In this document: piece by piece, positions 14,573 through 53,300 of the stretch
How positions within the stretch are numbered: the first letter of the stretch is position 1
Layout of the letters: each line of letters begins with the position of its first letter
Origin: Ascidiella aspersa
Lineage: Eukaryota
Direction: 5' to 3'
Length of the DNA: 64,000 bases
NCBI GenBank assembly: GCA_963924565.1
Contig: OZ004608.1
Location: 11,966,001 to 12,030,000 of the forward strand
Notes under the pieces: generated by a model
Database searches by the model: none
Seen by the model: the letters and a program-made list of their open reading frames with translations, nothing else
Told to the model about the DNA's origin: nothing
Made by a program: the position numbers and the translations under genes

Positions 14573-15396
14573 CCAAAATTACGACAGCTTGACAAAATGT
14601 GGACTTTTTGTTGAATTTTTGTTTGAAACAGTGTGAATAAAACTTAGTTAATCATACAGACAAATGGATATGTTTGTTTGTCGTTGCGTTAAATTAAATT
14701 ATAAAGCCGGATACACAACATTTTTTTCTCGTAGTATATAGTTATCGGGCATTAAACTTTTCTATTGTACTTTTGGTTTGGTTTACGAACTTAACTGTTT
14801 CGCCCCACAGAGCACTACTGTCTATATTTGGTCAAAACCAAAGAGATTATTATCTCTTTGGTCAAAACGAAGCAAGAGAAGCGGCTGTTTAGCTTTTTTT
14901 TTAGAAATTTATATTGCTTCATCTATTATTATTAAACTGAAATATTTTTGCAGGATTTAAAGTGCTTTATATAAAATATAATTTTGATCGTTGATACCGT
15001 TGTTTAGTATGCTTTATTACAAATAGTGCCAGCAAACATGAGAAAAAGAATACAAGAAACAAGAATTTATATAATTTTATATGTAACTTACTCCTTTTAA
15101 ACCACAATACGTTTTTTCTTGAGTTACGTTGACACGATTTGATCAATTTATCCAGAAGTAAAACGAGAAAATAGCATCGGAATTTAGTTTGACAACGATT
15201 GATGAAGCCTTTATTTATCATAATGACGTTGGTTTACGAACGTTAGCTGGTAGCGACAAATGCAAAGTTAGGGGTGAGGTTCAGGTTTTGGGTTAGCAGC
15301 TTAAGCGAGCAAAATGCAGCGTTTGTAAATAAAGGCATTAATTTATGAATTATAGGTCTAGCGTGACATATTCTATGGATATATGTGTGCGATGAT

Positions 15397-42400
<27,004 letters not shown>

Positions 42401-43272
42401 TAACAACCGCCTTAACGCTCCATTAATCCGTCTTGCGCACGTAACGAGGCCCCTAAACAGTGGGCGGCGTCATTTTCGCTCGCCCTTTAAAATGAAAGCG
42501 CATTCGCCGAATCGTCCTTTTCTTATTTCGGACTCTGGTGCTCTTTCTTTCCATCCCTTTTCTCTGCGCTATGCGGCAGCAGAGGTAAACGCTTAACCGA
42601 CATCAGACCATAGACCTTAGTGTGTACGTGTGTGTGTATGTGAAGAATGCACGCCCTCTCGTCGCCCTGCGATTTGCTACCGGCTTTCAACTCTTTACTT
42701 TTCGCTATTTGTTTTTTTTTTGCTTTTATTGTGAAGTGTGACTTTTACTTTGCCGCCTCTGTGTTGTTTCATTACTTTCATTCTTTTGCATTGCGCGCCC
42801 CCGCCCTCTCTTAAATGAACAGAAGAACGCAGGCGCCTCCCCCCACCACGTAACTTAAGCTTGTGTGTGCGCGAGTGCGTTCAGCATACGTTTGCAGCCG
42901 AAATCCCGCATGTGCGTGCGTGTGTGTTTGCGTGTTTATTAGTTTCGCTGGACAAGCCTCGGAAATCCTCTCGCAGGGTTTCGGCTTTTGTATGCTCGGC
43001 ATCTTCGTATAACTTCACCTCTGCGTTCAAAAGAGCCGAAAGCGCATCCTGTCGTCGCATTTTCTCCCCTTCTACCTAGTCGTAGCCGTATGCCGTAGAT
43101 GCCCCTCCATCTCCTATTTTCGCCACCCCTTCTTTCTGGGTCCCTGCACGTTTCTATTTGTTCGATATCAGTTGATGTAAGCGCTGTGTGTCGAGATGGC
43201 CGCGATGTGGACAGTAATAACAATAATAACGATAGGAGTAAAGTTATAATATATGAGCTATACGAAACAGGC

Positions 43273-43278
43273 AATAAA
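43273..43278 (+). terminator. Candidate polyadenylation signal of the FAM193 gene (3' UTR ~0.9 kb)
   Basis: AATAAA followed by GU-rich TGTTGTTGCTGTT, downstream of a U/UG-rich UTR-like segment at 42401-43270. Confidence 0.5.
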
Positions 43279-43679
43279 TGTTGTTGCTGTTACCCGAGTG
43301 CTTTTTTGATCGAAAATCTTAGAAATTTAAGAACGTCAAATTTGAAGTACATAAGGTGCTTTTATCAAAAATGCTCCAGCAGGTCTAGATTTAGTTTAAC
43401 AACTTGTACAGCAGCTTTTAGTCCAAATTCAAAGCTTTACCGTCCAGCGCATACACAATACAGATTAAGCATTAGATGAGTTGCAAACTTGCAGAAATAT
43501 GTGCAAGTGAATAATCGACATTCCACTCAACTGCACAAAATAGATAGACGAGTCATCAATTTAGAACTCCGAATTTAGTGATAAAGCGACAATTGAATTC
43601 GTGGGGATAATGGTTAGTTTTAATGTCGTCAGTGAAAACAGAGTTTGATTGCGCGATTCTTGCACAACCGGCATCGCTT

Positions 43680-43720
43680 CAATCCGATTGGTGGAGCACA
43701 AGTGACGTAACAGCTGCTGA
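43680..43720 (+). promoter_or_regulatory. Candidate RIOK3 proximal promoter (inverted CCAAT box plus CRE/ATF-like site)
   Basis: GATTGG at 43686-43691 and GTGACGTAA at 43702-43710, in a CpG-retaining patch ~350 nt upstream of the RIOK3 ATG. Confidence 0.4.
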
Positions 43721-44056
43721 CGATCAGCTCAAAGTTGTTTTACTAGCAGTTGCAGCCAGCTGACTAAACGACTAAACGTGTTTCAACGAGTTGTAAGCTA
43801 AGACTAAACAGCTTTGCCTGTTTGCCATATTTTGTACGAGTAGAGTGAATTGGAAAATGGAAATTGCAGCAGTTTTTTATGTGTTTAACTTATAAAATTA
43901 CTTCCATATGTTACATTAAGAAATATATAGTACATAACCTAATAATAACGTGTAAAGGGATTTGTATATTGGCATTTGTAGTAGGTGTAGGGATAAAAGA
44001 AACAAGCTGACTTTAGATTAGTCAATGTAAGACGGGCATAAGATAACGCACCTTCA

Positions 44057-47000
44057 ATGGCATCACACTCTGGAACAATGGTAGATGTGCCAGTTAGTTC
44101 AAGTGAGCACATTCCTATACCACCAACTAATGATACCAAGATTAAAATTGGATCTTTTGGAATAAAAACTCCCCCCAACAGTCCCTGGATGCCCACAAGT
44201 CCATGGGGGCTAAAAGACAATGGAGCCGTGCCCCATAACAACACCTCGTTTGAAGAAGTAATGAGTGAACAGTTAGCAAACCAACTGCACTTGGCTGAAA
44301 ATCGGATTGTATCTCAAGAAAACCTACAAGAAACTGGTTGGAAATTAAATATTTTTCTTGTGTTAGCTATGAAAGTTCCGCATTTAAAATAGAATTTAGC
44401 TCATATTCGTCATATTTAAATTAAATTTATATTCTTTCTACTAATTGTAATATCTGTTTACCCTAAATTATTTATATATAAACCCAGTATTAGGAATATA
44501 TCATACATTTTATTCCGATACAATAACTGATATTTTGAAAACAAAGTATCGCGATCTGATCCGATACCAAATGACTTTTTTTCAATTAGGCCAAAACTTA
44601 CTTTAGCGTTAAGAAGTTTAGTTATATCCAGTTGCTAACTTAAATTCTTTTAAAGTTTAAATTTGACATTATAATTGCTAAATTGTATTGAAAATAATGC
44701 CTGAAATTCTTGTAATAATTTGGTATCAAATTGGTGCCTATACTATCACTTGGCATCGATTATCGGATCCGAGCCAAAAATGTCTAACTAGATTATATAT
44801 ATAGATAGTTCATAATATTATAGATGTTTTAGGTGAAAATTTGGATGATGAACTTGTGTTACCTGTTATTGATGGCACCGACACCTCAAATGACTTTATA
44901 ATTGCCCAAATGCTCCAGTCCAAAATGGACAAGGAATACAATGATCATTTGACAAAACAGGAAAAGCAAGTGAACCAAAACTCCAAGGTGTGTAGTTGTT
45001 ACAACTCTGCTATTGACTAATTATAACTTGCATTCAAATAAAATTGAGGCTGGATACCAAAACATGTTATATGTTAGATCTAACGAATTGATAAATTAAC
45101 CCGTTTTAGGAAATTACCCACAGGTTAAAAACCACCGTCTTAAATAGTTAAATCTAGTATTCCACAAATATCAATATTTTATCTGCAGATTAGCACTGGG
45201 TTCACTGTTGTAAATCATCCAGAGAATTACAAAAAAATTGTACACTTATGTAAAACTTTTGTTTGGCAAGTAGTTTGGGTGTTTTTGAATAATACAAAGG
45301 CTGAAACATATGTTTCTGAGACAGCAATGTCAATTAATGGGCTGTTTTGCATTTATAACAACTAAATAACTTTTTCTGCAGGTCAAACTCTTATTTTCAA
45401 AATATCGTACAGATGAAACTTTTCAGTCTGAGGATGAAGAAGATAATGATAAGAAAAATGAAGATCACTATGCAAATTTTTCTAATGAAGATCCAAGTTC
45501 GAATATGCTGCAATTTAAAAATGAAAAAGGTTTGTAAAAAGGAAATCGATTTTCAGTCACTGCCAACCTCAATCTTTTCAATCTTTGGTAAATTAAAATA
45601 GGTTCTTCTGGCAAAACTTTTATTAAAACCACTGATTTTTGATTACCTATTCAAGTCAACTTTTTTAGGGGCAACTAAAGATCGACCATCTTGAAAAAAG
45701 TTCTACCAAACGAACCATTTTTGATTTATACAATGCCCGACAGCAACAGTATATTTATGCTAGTTTTCAAGCTTAAGATAGAAGGCTATTGCTTTAATTT
45801 TTTAAAGGGTATGTTAAGTTTGGAAAAGAACTAGTAACTAAACACGACTTGGAAATCAACGGTAGAAAGAATACAGCCAAGTTGGAGGATTCCTTTCCTG
45901 TGGGATTTAACACGGGAGATGCAAGAGGAATGGATTTACAACTGTCAAACAAAATATATAACAGCTTGAAGAAGTATGCCTACTCTGAAGACAGAAGGTA
46001 AACATTTTTTGGCCTTCTTGTTTAAGGTAAAACATATCTAAAATAAAAGTAAAATTTTATTTTATTTTTATTTAGGTAAAACAATATTAAAATTATCTAG
46101 ATTTCACAGAAATGTGCCCTACAGAGATTCTAAAATATTGTAAATCAGTGTAGTATATATATTATATTAAGGGAATATGAACATTACATGAAATATACCA
46201 TTATAAATAAACATGTTTATGCAATGATTTCCAGGGGTCAAAGGTTACATGAAGGAAAGGAGCATTACACAGCGGAGCATGCTGTCGATGAAAAGACCCG
46301 TTTGATTCTTCATCGTCTGGTTGATCGGGGCATCATCTCGTCCGTTAATGGGGTTATTAGTATTGGCAAAGAGGCAGTTGTTATACATGCTGATGGTGGT
46401 GACATCGTCGCAACAGAAGAAACCAACAAAACACCACAGAATAAACATGACCTTGATGTCTTAAATGTGCCAAAGGAGTGTGTCATAAAGGTCATTAGTG
46501 CAACACGAAACATACTATTTTTGAAAATTTTCGTTGGCTAATTAACTCCCATAAAAAAACAGCATATAGGGCCAGGGTTGAACAGAAAAAACTTTCTTAT
46601 CCAGGTGAAGAATTGCATCATAATCATAATAACATTAAAAGTAGATAATGTTTTACTGGCTGTGTTGAAAATAAACAGGGTGTAATTATTGCATTGTAGG
46701 TTTTTAAGACTACTCTAAATGAATTCAAAGCCAGAGATAAGTACATCAAGGATGACTACAGGTTCAAAGATCGCTTTAAGAAACTGAATCCAAGAAAAAT
46801 TATTCACATGTGGGCCGAAAAGGAGATGCACAACCTGAACCGGATGACAGAAGCCGGAATCGCTTGTCCCGAGGTGGTTTTATTGCGTAAACATCTTCTT
46901 GTCATGTCATTTATTGGACATGACCAGCAGCCAGCGCCAAAACTGAAGGATGCAATTTTGTCAAGCTCACAGAAAAAGTCTGCGTTCGAACAGGTTGGTA

Positions 47001-47851
47001 AAAAGTGTGCATCTACCTTTTGTTGATATCCGTTACTGTTTGATTCCAACTTTTACTGTGTTTGCAAATTGATAAGTCAAACAACAATTTTAAAAACGCC
47101 AATACTGCCAGAGGCTGTAATCCCACCTTTATTTTAATTAATTAAAACAACTATCAGCTTAACAACTCTATTCTGCAGGTATTATCTATGATGAAAACAC
47201 TGTACCACGACTGTAAACTTGTTCATGCTGATCTCAGCGAATTTAATCTTCTTTGGCATGAACATCGGGTAATGGCATACTTACATAAATAACAATAAGA
47301 TTATTTCTATTAACATTTAAGTTATCGTATCCTATTGTTGAAGATATAATAAGGGAAAATTGAGAAGTCATTGATTTGTAGTTCTTCAAATAAACAGTAA
47401 CCACACACACTTATAAAAACTCGTTTTTAATATTTTCAACCTAAGGTAAATATCTTTGCACTGAAATTAAAATATAACTTTATATCCAGGTTTGGATGAT
47501 AGATGTAAGCCAGTCAGTTGAACCTTCCCACCCCAATGCTTTGGAGTTCCTTCTAAGGGATTGCCATAACATATCAAAGTTTTTTACTAACTTAGGCTGT
47601 AAAGATGTTGCCAGTCCTATGGAGTTATTTAATGAAGTATCTGGGTAAGGCTTAGTAAATATGTGATATATTATTGTTTTTTACAAAAACAAAATTACCT
47701 GTATGCTTATTTCCACAGATTGGACATACCAATTACAGACGAAACTGCCTTTCGGTCTGCAATCAGCGTTTTACAAAATTCTGCGGAGGAACATGCTCAC
47801 CAAGGAAGAAGAAAAGCAAGCCAGATTTTGGACCAAGCGGAAAGCGATTAG
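44057..47851 (+). CDS. RIOK3: Serine/threonine-protein kinase RIO3, 9 exons, ~569 aa
   Basis: Exons: 44057-44336, 44824-44987, 45382-45529, 45808-45997, 46235-46490, 46700-46993, 47179-47268, 47490-47644, 47719-47851 (1710 nt). RIO3-type N-terminus (SPW..SFEEVMSEQLANQL, DFIIAQMLQ, VTKHD..GRKN) and RIO kinase motifs ISIGKEAVVIHA, KVFKTTLNEFKARDKYIKDDYRF, WAEKEMHNL, LVHADLSEFNLLW, IDVSQSVE. Confidence 0.95.
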
Positions 47852-48899
47852 CATTAATAGCAATTTGAGTGGTACTTGTTTACATTTTTTTTAAATGCGC
47901 AAAGTTTATGAAACAGAGTCTTACTGCATTTTTACATCGCAAAACGCAATACAAAAGTTTTAGCAACAGCTTGGTATTCTTCAACTGCTAGTGTTGTGAC
48001 CGGAGGATCAATGGTCCTAAGGTGGTGTAGAGCAGTGCTTCTTAAACTCTTTTAGTTTTGTTCACCCTAGCATATATCTCCAAATTTCATTTACCCTGGT
48101 CTTATGATATGATAAAACTATCTTGTTTATCATTTTTATATATGGCCGTATTTGTTGTTTATATTTCACTGAACAGGTTGAACTCCCGGAATATCCACTC
48201 TGCTCGCAAGCTATTATCCATTTCCCATGGTTCACCCTTATTCCACTCCTTTTGGTTGGTTCACCCCTGCAAAAAAAATTATTCACCCTGGGGTGAACCA
48301 TTCACCTCATTAAAATACGTGGTAGAGCATTACAAACCTAGTTAGCCCCGCAGTAGCATGTATGAATGTGCTATGTATGAATACTGAATTCATCAATATT
48401 TAAAAATTTGTAATCAAAACAAAGGAATCCTTTATGTAAATCAAAAACAAGTTACTAGGCTTTAAAGTTTAAAACTTTGTACATAACTAAAAAGTTGTGC
48501 TGGGTCGAAGACCGCAAACTTTGAGAATTAACTACAATGCTATAATTTCCAATTAAATTGATATAGGTTTTAAAATAAGTACAACCATTATTGATTACTA
48601 TGAAATATAAAAAGTTAAAATAATTGTTAGATCAGGGCATAGTTTCTTCACCTTTTTTCTCCCATAACATTTGACCAATTAGTTGTTGTGCAATAAAGAG
48701 ACTTACTAAAACTCGTTTAATGCTAAAATTGAATAACATTGCACAATTTGAGATGTATGTAATATGACAGTCTTGTTGGGGTAAATTTAATTTTAGGAAA
48801 TCACATATCTGGTCTTATTTGATAGGAAACACTTAGCCAGATCTATAACCTAAAGTAAAGTCCACAACAAAAGCAACTCAGATTTTAGAGCACTGTATA

Positions 48900-48905
48900 T
48901 TTATT
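48900..48905 (-). terminator. Candidate polyadenylation signal for WDR4 (and probably for FAM204A)
   Basis: AATAAA on the minus strand ~30 nt after the WDR4 stop codon. Confidence 0.55.
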
Positions 48906-48936
48906 ACCGCTAAACAAATCACGCAGGTATAAGAGA

Positions 48937-50171
48937 TCAGCCCTCCAGTTTAATTTTTTTGGTGGTTGTGCCCTTACTAAAAACTTTTCCTTCCTCTTTT
49001 TTCTTATAGAAGGCAAGGTATTTTTTGCCCCCCATTTGAGGTTTATACAGTGGAATGTATGATTTTATGACAAAATCTTCACAGGGCATTTCTTTAAGAA
49101 TGTCACTTAGACTTTCAATTCGTAATTCCTTTTGGCTTTCAGGAGAACATTCAAAGCAGGTTACGCAGGGCAGTGATTGATTTTTGTATAATGTATAAAT
49201 TGTGGGTAATATTCCCTCATTTTTCAAAAAATCAAAATCCATTAATTCACTATCTTTAGGAAGTTGTAAAGCATACATGAAATGCAATTGATTGTCTTTT
49301 AGTTTATACAAATTTGTGTGAGACTGCTTTAAACAACCAATTGCAACCATATTCATCGATTTTGCCACAATAGATGGGATTTGTTTTTCTGTTGGTTCTT
49401 CTGAGTTTTCAGCTTTCCCTGATTGCTGGTCAATTTTTATAATTTGTAAAGATGTCCCGGTGTTAATCTCCCATAACCTTGCAGTTCCATCTCCAGACAA
49501 GGACAGCAGCAACTTATCAGAGAGAAGACACAGACGGGAAACAAAATCTGTGTGGCCAAAACAAAACAACTCAATGATAAACGGATTTTGGCGATTGGAA
49601 ACGCGTATCTTTTCATCTCTGTCAGCGGTAATAATGTACTGATCAGTGCAGACAACATCCAGCAACATTGATACATGCCCAAGAATTGCCCCCTCATCTT
49701 CACTGGTGTCCTCACTATTAGCAACTTCAACACCAGAACCTAAAAATATGTTTAAATGATTAGAGATATTATGTGGTTTACTTTTACACACTGAGGGTAA
49801 ACAATAATTCTTTTGATACCTTGCAAGTTAAAGGAATACAGGTCTCCAGATTTGTCCGCCACCAATATTTCTTTTTCATCAGTGGAAAATGAAAGTGATG
49901 TAGATCTTCTGCTTACTTCAATTATTTTATGTTCCTCAAAACCAGAGTCTATATCCTTAACTTTCCAAATTACAACAGTTTTGTCAGAGTAGAGTGCAGC
50001 AAAATGAGAAAAACTTGGCGAAAACAAGGCATAGTCCAGGCGTTCTTCCTCAGATTTACTTTTGTACTCATGGATATAGCTGAACTTGTTGCTTGTGCCC
50101 TTGGCAATCACTTGAATACCCTTGCGATTCCCAAGCACAACAAAATGAGGTGATATCCGAATGATGGCCAT
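48937..50171 (-). CDS. WDR4: tRNA (guanine-N7)-methyltransferase non-catalytic WD40 subunit WDR4/Trm82, 2 exons, 384 aa
   Basis: Exons 50171-49820 and 49739-48937, separated by an 80-nt GT-AG phase-1 intron. Diagnostic motifs LVADKSGDLYSF, LGHVSMLLDV, IITADRDEKIRVS, FCFGHTDFVS, LLSLSGDGTARLW. N-terminal length is consistent with ATG 50171 as the start. Confidence 0.93.
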
Positions 50172-50172
50172 T

Positions 50173-51349
50173 TTACATGTTACTCTTGGTCTCCCACTTT
50201 TTCTTGCTTTCAAATCTAAAAGAATAAAAATGATTTACAAAACAATATTGCACTTAAGTTTTAGTGACTTGAATCTGAAGGTTAAACTTTTAAAATTATT
50301 ATGCAAAACAATAAATGTGTAAAATAAGAAGATATCTCCTCGCCCTTACACGTAAATGACCACAATGGCTTCAAATGGATCAAATATTCTTTAGACTTTC
50401 CTGTCTTAATCAGAGTCAGTCATTTGAGAAAATATGAATAAGAGAAATATCTTTCACCACAAAATAGGGCATCATCCGTCTCTTAATTCAAATGATTCAT
50501 TCAAATTACAACTTATAAATGACTAAATTTGATTAGGACAGGAAATTCTAAAGAATTTTGGAATATGTAACTGGTTATATTTGTTTTAAAATCCAGCCCC
50601 AGTACAACATACTTCATAAAGTTTAAACAACTTACGTCCAAGAAAGCTTCTTTCTTTTTCTGTTGATTTTCTTTTGTTCCTTTGCTTCCTTGCGTTTATT
50701 ATACTTTTGGACTTCTGCAACTTTTTCTGCTTGTTCAGTTAAATCGTGTTGGCAGAGGTTAGAGGTTATTGAAACAGCCTTTTCAACGTCTCCCTTTTTT
50801 AATGCTTCCTTTAGTTTTCTTTCTTCCTTAAATTCCAATAAAACTACAATCTTGAAAAATTATATTAAACAAAAACATTTAAATATATAATATACCAATA
50901 TTTTGGAAATCCGAACATCAACTTTTTGAGATAATTTTCCTTGGTTGTTTGATGTCTTATATTGCTTTCTTGTGCTAAAATTAAATTTTAAATGGTAAGG
51001 TTGCCCATCAAACCCTACTGCCATTTGATTGTGCATTTTTTACCTTTGAACTGAAGTTTCTGATTTATTTAAGTTGTCTTTGGAGCTGGGAAGTCTTGCC
51101 TTTTGGTTTGAAGTTAGATCTAAATTTCTTTCTGCATCAATTTTCTGTAAAGTAGGTAAGTGCATCTTCCTTTTGGTTTATTGTGTGATAAAAAAAGCAT
51201 TTTTAAAACACAATTAATTGCCAATAAAATACCCTTACCTCAAGCACAGAAGATAACAATATTTTCGAATCATTTACGGATTTGCCAGTTTCTTCTTCAC
51301 TGCTATCAGATGTTGAATCAAACTCCTCGTTTAAGAGACCTTTAAACAT
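50173..51349 (-). CDS. FAM204A: Protein FAM204A (C10orf84) homolog, 5 exons, ~182 aa
   Basis: Exons 51349-51239, 51144-51044, 50974-50896, 50850-50636, 50215-50173 (549 nt). The N-terminus MFKGLLNEEFDSTSDSSEEE and the spliced C-terminus ALKKGDVEKAVSITSNL...RKRKKLSWTFESKKKWETKSNM* match the FAM204A pattern as recalled ([20 protein letters not shown]). Boundaries of the 45-nt third intron are less certain. Confidence 0.88.
50386..50556. repeat. Inverted repeat / MITE-like insert in the last FAM204A intron
   Basis: ATTCTTTAGACTTTCCTGTCTTAATCA is reverse-complementary (25/27) to TGATTAGGACAGGAAATTCTAAAGAAT, with inner arms AGTCATTT / AAATGACT. Confidence 0.75.
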
Positions 51350-52638
51350 TCATTTGACAACCAAGAATCTTGAAAAGAACAGTTTATAATTTTGTAATTA
51401 CGAGTATGACTACTTCAACAATACTCATCAGCAAACGTAATGCATTTTACTTTAACGTTGAAAGTTGGCCAATGTGTTGTGCTTGGTTCGTTACGCATGA
51501 TTTACCACCGTGGTGCGAAGGGATGATTATTATTTTTTTTGTCGAATATTAGGAATAAGTATAATAAAAACTGAATTGATGGACCCCCAGGCCCAACAAA
51601 AAATAGGCCTACTGCGACCTTTGTAATAAAACACTGTAAAAGTTCGCGAGATACTTTTATTGTCTAAAAAGTTTAAGTATATAGCGAGTTTGTTTCGAAT
51701 AAAAAATAAGCATGTCGTGACTTATAACAAAGAGATAATAATCTATTTGCTTATAAGTAGGGCGAATATTTTTTGACAAAAAAAATGGGAAACTTTGACC
51801 TAAATAATTAAAATTTTGACAAATTTTGACCTGAAAATAATTTATTTTGACAAAATTTTGACCAATACGGTTAAAATTACTTTGAACTTATATCAAAATC
51901 AATTTTTATTTTCAAAGGGAATTTTTTCAGCGCCTCGTAGTATTGTCACATTTCTATCCACAGCATGGTCGGATGCTGCCCGCCAATGTAACCAACCAAC
52001 CCTTCTCTTTTACAAACTGGCAGCGGGCCAATGTAAAAATTTCTCCCTTTGGGCTAAACTCGTTTATACTTCTGGTTCTGGCATGTTTGAGCTTTGACTG
52101 AATCTTTTCAGCCTACACAGGCATCGTACATTCCCTACAATCCACAACTATAAAATTGAGGTTTTTCTATTGGTAGCCTATATTTGAACGATTTTTCGCT
52201 TTGCACAAGTCTATTCCACGTTTTTTAAATAGCAGTCATGTAACATGGAAAATTTATCGGCCCTATTTAAATTACAGCATAAACTAAAAGTTTTTTAATA
52301 GTAATATACCTTTTCAATGTGATATGATAATATATATCTCCATATAGAGATCAGAATACATTTAGTCCTATATTTAATAGCACATTCGCGCGAGAAGGTG
52401 ACTGGTAATAACAGGCCTTAATCCATTCACAATGTATTTGGTATTTTTATTGAAATTACTCAAAACCCGTGTATTGTGTTCCAAGGCGTTTTAAGTTACA
52501 TTGTGACGTCGCATTTGAATGACTACAAAAAAGCTGTGTCTGGTTAGTGTTCGGAAGCATCTTAATTTTAACCAAACAAATATGGTACCAAATATGGTAC
52601 GCATGTATATTCTGAAACTTGTAAGAATGGCATTAAAC

Positions 52639-53283
52639 CAGGGGTTGTCGAACTGATGTGCATTGTGATTTGTTAGTTTATCCAACGACATATAAAGAGC
52701 TACATTTCTATGTCGTTGGTTTATCACAAGAAAAAAATTGAAAATAGCCTATACCTTATGTACTTATTTCGGGCACTATAGCGTCATATTTTAAGTTGTC
52801 AAGCCCAACCTGACAACATGATGATCCACCAAATTCGAATATTAAACATACTGGACACGCTTTAAGTTTTATGGTGCTTTATTTATGTAAACGCGATAAG
52901 TTTAATAGTTAATCTTGTTTAGTGTTTGTTAAGCGAAACTTTTAGGTATACCGGCATTTCTTTTAAATTTCTTGCAAGTTTTTACTACATTACCGAAAAT
53001 ACAAAATGTTAAAAAATTCATGTACAACATTTTTTAATGCGTTTTCCATTAACGGTAACGATCGAAGCGCTAATCTAGTTTAAAAGACCGCATCAAAACG
53101 TAAACAAGCCGGACACAGAAAGATGATTCGCGCAAAGCGGGAAAATTTTTCGCACATATGAGTTAAAATAGTCAAAAAGTATTTGAAATGGACTCGTATC
53201 TAGTTTGTCTAAGAGGCGGCGGACCGAATGAATTACATAGGCGGGGCGCATCCGGCCCGCGGGCCGTAGGTTGCCGACCCCTG
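52639..53283. mobile_element. hAT (Charlie-like) non-autonomous element
   Basis: Right end CGGCCCGCGGGCCGTAGGTTGCCGACCCCTG, left end CAGGGGTTGTCGAAC, imperfect TSD CATTAAAC / TTTTAAAC. Confidence 0.6.
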
Positions 53284-53300
53284 TTTTAAACTTTATGTCT

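Noticed and set aside
42811-43479. ORFs downstream of FAM193
   Set aside because: They lie in UG/U-rich 3' UTR-like sequence and contain no recognisable protein motifs.
50172-50213. ORF-track start of WDR4 at TTG 50213
   Set aside because: Non-ATG start in a eukaryote; this stretch encodes the conserved FAM204A C-terminus in another frame, and ATG 50171 fits WDR4.
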